A DNA stretch of 28,571 bases, from assembly GCA_046881945.1 (NCBI GenBank), contig JBKSMT010000074.1, forward strand, positions 1-28,571. The letters are read 5' to 3'. The DNA comes from Clostridia bacterium (GTDB lineage Bacteria > Bacillota > Clostridia > Christensenellales > UBA1242). Under the pieces are notes generated by a model. The model searched no databases. It was not told where the DNA came from and was given only the letters and a program-made list of their open reading frames with translations. The position numbers and the translations under genes were made by a program. How positions within the stretch are numbered: position 1 is the stretch's first letter; every line of letters starts with the position of its first letter. Below are positions 18,539 to 25,643 of the stretch, piece after piece.

Positions 18539-19324
18539 TTAATCCACATTTACACCTTTGCTAAATTCATTTTTGGCAAGAACGTAAAACATCACACTAA
18601 TCGCCGAATAAACCACTATTCCTGTTATAATAACACTCATAAACGCAGAACTCGATAATATTAATGTACTACTTGTTAGTTTTACTCCATTAATTGCAAG
18701 TACAATTATCATAGCAATCGAGAGTATTGTTATTGCTATAAATGCCATTAATGTAGTTAGTAAAAAGGTTTTTAATACTCGTTTTTCTTTTGCTCTGTAA
18801 GCAATAACAATTGAAAAATATATAATGCTAATAAACATCAAAAATTCTACAACCACCAGCACAACAAAAAGCGTAATTGCCCAAAATAATGAAAATTTTC
18901 CTGAAATCACTAATGATAATATTAGCCTTAATTTATCAAATACTGTTGGAGAAAAGAACATAATAAACAACGACACCACCAAACTAATGAAGCCTAAAGC
19001 CATTTCAATTACCGCGGTTATAAACTTGGAAGTAATTAATTGACTTTTAGTTGCTGGCAAGGTGTGAGTTAAATACGACTCATCTCCATAAAATGATTTG
19101 CTAAAATTTAAAAAGTTCCTCAAAAACGGTTGTAAAATTACATTTACCAACAACGAATAAAACACCGAATCAAAGAAAATTCCAAGAACCTTAAAAAATA
19201 ATATATCTTCGCCCAGTTCTTTAAATCCGCGGGTTACTATCGCAACCAAGATTGTGGAAACAAATAAAATCCACATCCAACGCATATTTCTTTTCAGGTC
19301 TTTTTTTAATAATTTACCTAACAT
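18539..19324 (-). CDS. ABC-2 type permease
   Basis: MLGKLLK.DLK start, ESYLTHTLP motif, multiple TM segments; overlaps the ATPase stop. Confidence 0.8.
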   Translation of the reverse strand: MLGKLLKKDLKRNMRWMWILFVSTILVAIVTRGFKELGEDILFFKVLGIFFDSVFYSLLVNVILQPFLRNFLNFSKSFYGDESYLTHTLPATKSQLITSKFITAVIEMALGFISLVVSLFIMFFSPTVFDKLRLILSLVISGKFSLFWAITLFVVLVVVEFLMFISIIYFSIVIAYRAKEKRVLKTFLLTTLMAFIAITILSIAMIIVLAINGVKLTSSTLILSSSAFMSVIITGIVVYSAISVMFYVLAKNEFSKGVNVD

Positions 19325-20015
19325 AAAATTTCCTCCTAAACACTTCATCAATCGAACATTTTTCTTTCTTACGAAGTTTTTCGGCGTTTTCCTTAAGCAC
19401 TATTTTACCATCATCAATAAATACAACCTCATCCAAGATTTTTTCAATATCTGCAATCATATGCGTTGAAATAAAAAGGGTGGCATTTTTGTCAAAATTC
19501 TTTAATATGGTTTGCAAAATATAATCTCTACTTGCAGGGTCAACTCCACCCAATGGCTCGTCCAAAATATAAATCTTTGCATTTCGACTCATCACAAGCA
19601 CTAGTTGAACTTTTTCTTTCATGCCCTTACTCATTTTTGATAAACACATATTTTTATCCAACTGCAAATCTTCAATTAACTTTTCAGCCTTGAATTTATC
19701 AAAATCTTCATAAAAAGTATCAAATAATTGTATCGTTTCACAAACTTTTAAACTAGTATCCAAATATGTTCGTTCAGGAAGATACGAAACAACCTTTTTA
19801 CTTTCAACCGAAACAGGCTTTCCATCAATCAGAATTTCACCACTTGTAATAGTAAGCAAATCATTTGCCAATTTAAAAAGCGTTGACTTACCACTACCGT
19901 TTTTACCCAAAAGTCCAACAATCTTGCCTGAATCAATTTTTAAATCAATATCTTTTAAAACTTGTTTTTCACCAAAACTTTTATTTACAGCCCTATATTC
20001 CAAAATCACACCCAT
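19314..20015 (-). CDS. ABC transporter ATP-binding protein
   Basis: GKNGSGKST, MSKGM signature variant, ILDEPLGGVDP, ISTH. Confidence 0.92.
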   Translation of the reverse strand: MGVILEYRAVNKSFGEKQVLKDIDLKIDSGKIVGLLGKNGSGKSTLFKLANDLLTITSGEILIDGKPVSVESKKVVSYLPERTYLDTSLKVCETIQLFDTFYEDFDKFKAEKLIEDLQLDKNMCLSKMSKGMKEKVQLVLVMSRNAKIYILDEPLGGVDPASRDYILQTILKNFDKNATLFISTHMIADIEKILDEVVFIDDGKIVLKENAEKLRKKEKCSIDEVFRRKFYVR

Positions 20016-20080
20016 ACTTATCTCCTATTTAATTTTTTATTTGATATAAAACATTTATCAATAACAATATTGACCAACTT

Positions 20081-20302
20081 TTACTTATTATCCTTATTCC
20101 CTTTATCAAAAATCTCTTCCATAAAGGCTAGATAATTGTCGTATTTACTAATAGCAATACCTTTTTTGATATCTCCAAACAATATCAAACTATCCCCACT
20201 ATTAATATTAAATATTTCTCTTGCCTCTTTAGGTATAACAATTTGTCCTTTATCTCCAACCTTTGCGGTCCAAATAAATTTTTCCTTTTTCTCACTTTTC
20301 AT
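20081..20302 (-). CDS. AbrB/MazE/SpoVT family DNA-binding protein
   Basis: AKVGDKGQIVIPKEAREIFNI..GD; start ATG 20302; promoter TTGACG-17-TAACAT upstream. Confidence 0.88.
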   Translation of the reverse strand: MKSEKKEKFIWTAKVGDKGQIVIPKEAREIFNINSGDSLILFGDIKKGIAISKYDNYLAFMEEIFDKGNKDNK

Positions 20303-20366
20303 ACTTTCCCCACCTTTACAACAATATGTTATCACAAAAAAACACGCACGTCAACCAATTTTAAAT

Positions 20367-20400
20367 AAAAAAACACCTTTGTCAAAATAGACAAAAGTGC
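20367..20400 (-). terminator. Terminator after DUF378 gene
   Basis: CAC..TTTGTC / GACAAA.GTG stem with minus-strand T-run. Confidence 0.6.
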
Positions 20401-20422
20401 TTGTAATTAGTTTTATACAATT

Positions 20423-20641
20423 TTACTTATCGCCGTTTCTAACATATATTGCATGTTTTGTTAAAACAGTAAAAATTAGCCAAATGGTTGCTAGTAGAAC
20501 TAAAATATAGATAATGATTGACCCTGCATTATGTCCGCCAAAAATCCAGTCTACAAGGTTAAAATTAAATATTCCAACTAATCCCCAATTTAACCCACCA
20601 ATAAACAAAACAATTAAACTGATAATGTTTGCAATAATCAT
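20423..20641 (-). CDS. DUF378 family small membrane protein
   Basis: IGGLNWGLVGIFNFNLV..IFG, IIYILV; GGGAGGGAG RBS before ATG 20641. Confidence 0.88.
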   Translation of the reverse strand: MIIANIISLIVLFIGGLNWGLVGIFNFNLVDWIFGGHNAGSIIIYILVLLATIWLIFTVLTKHAIYVRNGDK

Positions 20642-20738
20642 ATCTCCCTCCCTAATGTTATTATTTTCAATTGTAATAAATTTATTCAACTCAAAACATT
20701 AGTTTTGTTAGAGATTTATTAGAACAATCCAACAGTTT

Positions 20739-21125
20739 TTATGAATTGTAGTCGTATGGAATTTTATTTTTCTTGTCGCCTTTTAAATTCATAATAAAAC
20801 CGTCTTTAACTTTACACCACCATTCTGGATTATTTCCAGGAAGCGATTCTAATAATTCTTCATCTGTAAAACCATTATCTTTTACCAATTCTAAATCCTT
20901 AATTTTAATTTCGCAAAAGATATCATCTTTAATTTCATTATAATGTATCCTAAACCAGTCATTATCATCTTTGTGTTTTTCAAAGTTTTCATCAATAAAA
21001 CATACTAAAAAGCAGTCCGACCTAATTTCAGGCATAACAATATATCCAATCATGCCCTTATACACTCCCTCTTTTTCATATTTTTCATTATCATTAATAA
21101 CTTTTACATCATCATATATTTTCAT
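20739..21125 (-). CDS. Putative immunity protein (DUF4926-like N-terminus)
   Basis: D.VKV.......GVYKGMIGYIV......FLVCF pattern; translationally coupled (TAATG) to the upstream toxin-like ORF. Confidence 0.5.
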   Translation of the reverse strand: MKIYDDVKVINDNEKYEKEGVYKGMIGYIVMPEIRSDCFLVCFIDENFEKHKDDNDWFRIHYNEIKDDIFCEIKIKDLELVKDNGFTDEELLESLPGNNPEWWCKVKDGFIMNLKGDKKNKIPYDYNS

Positions 21126-21739
21126 TAATCTCCTCCTGCAAATATAGTTGCTATTTTTAATTTTCCATTAGGATAAATAAATAATCCCGTTCTAAACTTA
21201 TGTATTATGTTTTTAAACTCATTTTTACCTGCAACTGAAATTGTGATATTTATTTGAAACCCATATTCCCAATGTTTATATAGAGAATAATTTCCACTTC
21301 TATAAGCATTTTTAACTTCATCTATATAAAAGTTAATTATCTCCTCTTCATCCTTATATGTATAACCTATACCATAGAAAATCCCCTTTTTTCTTTTGAA
21401 AAAATCATTAAATTTTGAACGAGCCTCTAAGACATTGATTTCTTTAAGTCTTGGTACATTAATCGATTTTTCTTCACAATGGCAAAAGAAATGATACAAG
21501 CCCTTATTGGGCACTAATTTATAATCGGAATAATCAAACTTTTTAGGTTTCTTTTCTTCTTCATTTTTAAACCAACAATGATTTACTGTTACACACTTCC
21601 AACAATGGTCGCCAACCCCATTTTTAGGCACTCCATTCGGGAAATTTTCTATTGTAAGTCCAGATTCATCATCATTAATTTTTATCCAGTCGCTAAAATA
21701 TACACTGAATTGGCTTTTGTACGCATCAAGCAATCCCAT
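21125..21739 (-). CDS. Putative MuF-like Cys/His domain fused to DUF6883-like toxin domain
   Basis: HCWKC ... LYHFFCHC resembles MuF C..C/HP.C.C; C-terminal YG..I.I...GKN...RT....NG...IAT resembles DUF6883; AGGAGG RBS. Confidence 0.5.
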   Translation of the reverse strand: MGLLDAYKSQFSVYFSDWIKINDDESGLTIENFPNGVPKNGVGDHCWKCVTVNHCWFKNEEEKKPKKFDYSDYKLVPNKGLYHFFCHCEEKSINVPRLKEINVLEARSKFNDFFKRKKGIFYGIGYTYKDEEEIINFYIDEVKNAYRSGNYSLYKHWEYGFQINITISVAGKNEFKNIIHKFRTGLFIYPNGKLKIATIFAGGD

Positions 21740-21871
21740 AAATTCCTCCTTGTTTTGAGATTTTATGGAATTATATCATACAAAAACTAAAAAACGAACA
21801 CCTAGTGCCATTTATTTAAGTATAACATATATTTATATAATTTACATTACTTTTCATAAAATTCTCTCAAT

Positions 21872-21895
21872 AAAAAAGAAGTGGGTGTCCCACTT
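21872..21895 (-). terminator. Terminator-like hairpin
   Basis: AAGTGGG-TGT-CCCACTT with minus-strand T6. Confidence 0.65.
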
Positions 21896-21903
21896 GCTTT
21901 AAA

Positions 21904-22019
21904 GATATGGGGAGTGATTCAAAATGTATCTCGGGGTGTGTTCAACTGAACCACCAAAACCTACCTATTTCATAGGGGTTTTTAGAGTTAAAATTTGAAT
22001 TTTGAATCCGCTCCTTATC
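21904..22019. other. Structured intergenic element (three-way junction)
   Basis: Outer stem GGAGTGATTCAAAAT/ATTTTGAATCCGCTCC enclosing two hairpins (21935-21955, 21956-21982). Confidence 0.45.
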
Positions 22020-22039
22020 CTGCTCCCTAAAATTCTATT

Positions 22040-22072
22040 AAAAAACACCCAAACTTTTACTATTTGAGTGTT
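22040..22072 (-). terminator. Terminator of 142-aa gene
   Basis: Minus strand AACACTCAAA / TTTGGGTGTT stem followed by T-run. Confidence 0.65.
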
Positions 22073-22077
22073 AATTT

Positions 22078-22506
22078 TTATTTTTCTAAAACGCTATCAT
22101 TCTCTTGCAAATAGTCAGCATTAATTCTATCTTCAATTGATTTAATAGTATCTAGATCCATATTAAAAGATAGTCGTTTGCGTATTAAGTAATCACACAA
22201 CTCTTCTTCTTTAACTGTTAATTTTTCAAGACTTTCTGGAATTATAACTTCATGTCCACCAGAACATTGATCAGCCTTATAATAAGGATTTCCAGTTAAA
22301 ATATGTTTATATGCAGTTGTAAATCCAATATATAATGGAACTTTAATAAATAATCCATAACGAGCATCATTATCATATTCCCAGGTGTGATTTGTTTGCA
22401 CTTTATAATCTTGACCTAGGAATCTCACATTGTTAACTTCTGAACTAACTTCTGATTGTTTTGCAATTTTACCAACGTATATTTTTCTAATATCTACTTT
22501 TTTCAT
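22078..22506 (-). CDS. Hypothetical protein (142 aa)
   Basis: AAGGAG RBS and downstream terminator; no family recognised. Confidence 0.7.
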   Translation of the reverse strand: MKKVDIRKIYVGKIAKQSEVSSEVNNVRFLGQDYKVQTNHTWEYDNDARYGLFIKVPLYIGFTTAYKHILTGNPYYKADQCSGGHEVIIPESLEKLTVKEEELCDYLIRKRLSFNMDLDTIKSIEDRINADYLQENDSVLEK

Positions 22507-22564
22507 TATGTCTCCTTATTTCAATTTAATATTATCATATTCTTAAAAACTTTTCAATACCAAT

Positions 22565-22682
22565 TCTAAAAATTTTCTAAAATTTGTCTAATGTTTTGTC
22601 TAAAATTTTCTAACAAATTTCATTAGACACGAAAAAAGTGTGATTTTTCTGTTAGAAATCGTGTTAGACATGATTTGTTAGT
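22565..22682. repeat. Helically phased TCTAA/TTAGA micro-repeat array
   Basis: TCTAA at 22565, 22576, 22587, 22599, 22609; inverted TTAGA at 22623, 22652, 22664; TTAGT at 22678. Confidence 0.7.
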
Positions 22683-22763
22683 GCTAAAAACCGTTGATGT
22701 AAATGTTAGTTTTATTTAAGTTTAAACTTGATAATATATTGTATAAATTATAAAAAGGAAAAG

Positions 22764-22790
22764 AAAAAAACCACCATATTTAGTGGTTTT
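22764..22790 (-). terminator. Terminator after the duplicated tRNA 3' end
   Basis: Minus strand AAAACCAC-TAAATATG-GTGGTTTT plus T-run. Confidence 0.7.
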
Positions 22791-22796
22791 AAGTTC

Positions 22797-22812
22797 TGGC
22801 GGAGAGTTAGGG
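22797..22812 (-). repeat. 16-bp duplication of the tRNA-Ser 3' end (att-like)
   Basis: TGGCGGAGAGTTAGGG identical to 22978-22993, includes CCA. Confidence 0.92.
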
Positions 22813-22925
22813 GCGACTGCGTTAGGAAAAGTTGCCCTTTGGCAAGTTTTTAGCACAAAGCGGGAGCAACTTGTTGCGGTCCGGGTCGACAGACCGAACC
22901 CTTTACGGGTCGAATCCCGTCCTAA

Positions 22926-22972
22926 AATAAAAAAATAAACCTAATCAAAACACACAGTGTTCGGATTAGGTT
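22926..22972 (-). terminator. Terminator of tRNA-Ser
   Basis: AACCTAATC (22938-22946) / GATTAGGTT (22964-22972) stem with minus-strand T-runs. Confidence 0.8.
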
Positions 22973-22977
22973 ATGCT

Positions 22978-23065
22978 TGGCGGAGAGTTAGGGATTCGAA
23001 CCCCAGGAAGCTCGCACTTCAACGGTTTTCAAGACCGCCGCTTTCGACCGCTCAGCCAACTCTCC
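22978..23065 (-). tRNA. tRNA-Ser (anticodon UGA), CCA encoded
   Basis: GGAGAGTTGGCTGAGCGGTCGAAAGCGGCGGTCTTGAAAACCGTTGAAGTGCGAGCTTCCTGGGGTTCGAATCCCTAACTCTCCGCCA; long variable arm, canonical T-loop. Confidence 0.97.
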
Positions 23066-23103
23066 ACACAATATTAAGTTGTGTTGATTTTTACAACATA
23101 TTT

Positions 23104-23132
23104 ATTATATCTAATTTATTTGTTAGTGTCAA
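23104..23132 (-). promoter_or_regulatory. Consensus sigmaA promoter of tRNA-Ser
   Basis: TTGACA-17-TATAAT exact. Confidence 0.9.
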
Positions 23133-23162
23133 GTACTTTTTAAAATATTTTTTACCAAATTT

Positions 23163-23192
23163 AAAAAAGATAGAATTTTTATATCTATCTTT
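23163..23192 (-). terminator. Terminator after spoIVB
   Basis: AAAGATAGA / TCTATCTTT stem with minus-strand T-run. Confidence 0.7.
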
Positions 23193-23220
23193 ATATACTA
23201 ATCATGTCTATTAAACATTA

Positions 23221-24438
23221 TTAATTATCATACATCCAGTCTACGTAAACGCCGAAGCCTTTAGTTGGATCATTGATAAATACGTGAGTTACTGCACCTA
23301 CAAGTTTGTTGTTTTGAATAATTGGGCAACCACTCATACCTTGAATAATTCCGCCCGTTTTTTCAATTAATTCTTTATCAGTTACTCTAAATACAATACT
23401 CTTATCATCAGCATTATCTTGATGATTTGTTTTAATTATTTTAATATCATAAGCCTTAACACCCTCATCATCAAGGCAAGCATAAATTTGCGCCTTGCCA
23501 GGTTTAATACTCATACGTCCGCCCAAACAATAATCATCAATAAGATTAAGTTTATTTACATTTAATATATTGCCATAAACTCCATATTTACAGTTAGTAT
23601 CTGCCACACCAATGCTATCATCTGATATCTTCATACTGCTACGAATTTCGCCAGGCGAATTTTTGCTCCCCTTTTTAATACCAAGCAAATTACACAAATA
23701 CACTTCGCCTTGCGATACTTTATAATCATCACCTAGTGTTGCGTCAGTAAGCGAATGTCCTACTGCTCCAAAGCGGTTATTATCCTTTTTTACATAAGTA
23801 AGCGTTCCAACTCCGCTAGTACTATTCTTAACCCATAGCCCCAACTTGTATTTTTGCGTAAAAATATCTAACGCTGGTGTAATACTGCACTTAAATTCTT
23901 CATCATCTCTACTAACAACAATCTCCACATCTTTGCCAGCATGCTCAACACTGTTTAAAACCTCGTCAATATCATAAATAGACGTAATCTCATGTCCTTC
24001 AATCGCCTTGATACTGTCCCCTTCTTTTAGTCCAGACGCCACAATCGGTTCGCGACTGCCTTCACGTGTAAACACTGCATTTGAGCCAACAATTACAACA
24101 CCTTCGGTATTTAAACTAAACCCTACAATATTGCCACCGACATACACTTCAGGTGAATTAATCAACTTAACTTTAACCTTTTTAAGCGGTAAAAATCCAA
24201 ACAATTTAATGCGCATAGTAGTAGCAGTTACTTCTTCACCATTAACCGCCATAGTGTCAGCAAGATTAAACTTAATAAATGGTGCAAAATCACTACTCTC
24301 ATTTGCAAAAGCAATGTCATCAGTGGTTACATACATATTATTAGGATAATCAATCGCATTATATATAGGTTGTACTACATAAAAATATCCCATTACAAAA
24401 AAAGATATGATAAATAAACCGAATACAACTTTCTTCAT
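23221..24438 (-). CDS. spoIVB: SpoIVB peptidase (S55, PDZ)
   Basis: GLWVKNSTSGVGTLT, AVGH, TGGIIQGMSGCPIIQ..KLVGAVTHVFINDP.KGFG. Confidence 0.93.
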   Translation of the reverse strand: MKKVVFGLFIISFFVMGYFYVVQPIYNAIDYPNNMYVTTDDIAFANESSDFAPFIKFNLADTMAVNGEEVTATTMRIKLFGFLPLKKVKVKLINSPEVYVGGNIVGFSLNTEGVVIVGSNAVFTREGSREPIVASGLKEGDSIKAIEGHEITSIYDIDEVLNSVEHAGKDVEIVVSRDDEEFKCSITPALDIFTQKYKLGLWVKNSTSGVGTLTYVKKDNNRFGAVGHSLTDATLGDDYKVSQGEVYLCNLLGIKKGSKNSPGEIRSSMKISDDSIGVADTNCKYGVYGNILNVNKLNLIDDYCLGGRMSIKPGKAQIYACLDDEGVKAYDIKIIKTNHQDNADDKSIVFRVTDKELIEKTGGIIQGMSGCPIIQNNKLVGAVTHVFINDPTKGFGVYVDWMYDN

Positions 24439-24486
24439 ATTTACTCCATATCTTTTAGTATAAATCGTATGTTGAATTTTATTCTT

Positions 24487-25497
24487 TTACAACTCCAAAT
24501 TTGCTTTTGGTGCAAGACTTCCATCGGCAAAAGCTTTTCCTAGTAGGACATCAAAGTATGCACTACTTCCTATCATTGCTGCATTATCGGTACAATATTT
24601 TAAGTCTGGAAGATAACACTTTATCCCTTTTTGTGCACACTTTGTGGATAACTCTTGTCGTAAAAGTTTATTTGCTGACACACCACCGGCAACTACAACC
24701 TTATCAAGCCCACTTTCAAGTGTAGCACGTATAGTTTTATCCACAAGTTCATCAACTGCACACTTTTGAAAACTTGCACAAATATCGTTAACAGGAATAG
24801 TTAAATTCTTTTGTTCAAGGTTATGAATATAGTTAATAACTGCCGTCTTTTTACCACTAAAACTAAAATTGTAACCCAAACTATCATTTGGTTTTACAAA
24901 CACAATATTATCCTTTCCCTGTTCTGCTGCCTTTGACACTTTTGGTCCACCAGGATAACCCAAACCCATCACACGTGCAACTTTGTCAAAACTTTCACCT
25001 ACTGCGTCATCAAGAGTGTTACCTATTACAGTATGTTGGTTATATTCGTCTACCCTAATAATTGCTGTATGTCCACCGCTAACCAGCAAACACATAAAAG
25101 GTGGCTTTAAATCAGGATAAGTAATATAGTTAGACGCAATATGACCATTAATATGATTAACTGCAATTAGTGGTTTGCCAGTTGCAAACGACAATGCCTT
25201 AGCATAACTAATACCAACCAACAAGCAACCAACAAGTCCTGCACCATAGGTTACCGCAATAGCGTCAATATCGTCAAGAGTCTTATCGGCTTCCTTAAGT
25301 GCTTGATTAACCACGTTGTCAATAGCAGTTATGTGGTTACGTGACGCAACCTCAGGCACAACGCCACCAAATAATGTATGAATATCAATTTGACTAGACA
25401 CCACGTTGGAAAGAACTGTGCGACCATCAACTACCACCGCACAACTTGTTTCATCACAACTACTTTCAATTGCTAAAATTGTATAATTATTTTTCAT
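24487..25497 (-). CDS. tsaD: tRNA N6-adenosine threonylcarbamoyltransferase TsaD
   Basis: [60 protein letters not shown]; start ATG 25497. Confidence 0.96.
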   Translation of the reverse strand: MKNNYTILAIESSCDETSCAVVVDGRTVLSNVVSSQIDIHTLFGGVVPEVASRNHITAIDNVVNQALKEADKTLDDIDAIAVTYGAGLVGCLLVGISYAKALSFATGKPLIAVNHINGHIASNYITYPDLKPPFMCLLVSGGHTAIIRVDEYNQHTVIGNTLDDAVGESFDKVARVMGLGYPGGPKVSKAAEQGKDNIVFVKPNDSLGYNFSFSGKKTAVINYIHNLEQKNLTIPVNDICASFQKCAVDELVDKTIRATLESGLDKVVVAGGVSANKLLRQELSTKCAQKGIKCYLPDLKYCTDNAAMIGSSAYFDVLLGKAFADGSLAPKANLEL

Positions 25498-25503
25498 ACC
25501 ATT

Positions 25504-25532
25504 ATTATATCTCAATCCCAAATAAAAATCAA
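25504..25532 (-). promoter_or_regulatory. sigmaA promoter placing +1 at the tsaD ATG (leaderless)
   Basis: TTGATT-17-TATAAT-6 nt-ATG, no SD. Confidence 0.7.
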
Positions 25533-25605
25533 GCCCTAATCCAAAACTCAATTATCTTATATATCATCTTCACTATTCTTCTATATGTATTTTGTTTATC
25601 ATATT

Positions 25606-25636
25606 AAAAAATAGCAACTTTTACATTGCTATTTTT
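25606..25636 (-). terminator. Terminator of lipoprotein gene
   Basis: AAAAATAGCAA / TTGCTATTTTT stem. Confidence 0.75.
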
Positions 25637-25643
25637 ATTATAT

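Noticed and set aside
20081-20302. AbrB/MazE as a type II antitoxin
   Set aside because: No adjacent toxin; the neighbours are an ABC ATPase and permease, so a regulator role is more plausible.
22565-22682. CRISPR array
   Set aside because: Repeats are 5-7 nt at ~11-bp period with no unique spacers, and there are no cas genes.
22957-23214. 85-aa plus-strand ORF
   Set aside because: Antisense to tRNA-Ser and its promoter; a typical spurious translation.
24643-24745. Perfect DnaA boxes inside tsaD (24643-24651, 24737-24745) and gyrB (5438-5446)
   Set aside because: Not paired at 14 bp and explained by coding (LSTK, LVDK, IVDN); not counted as regulatory.
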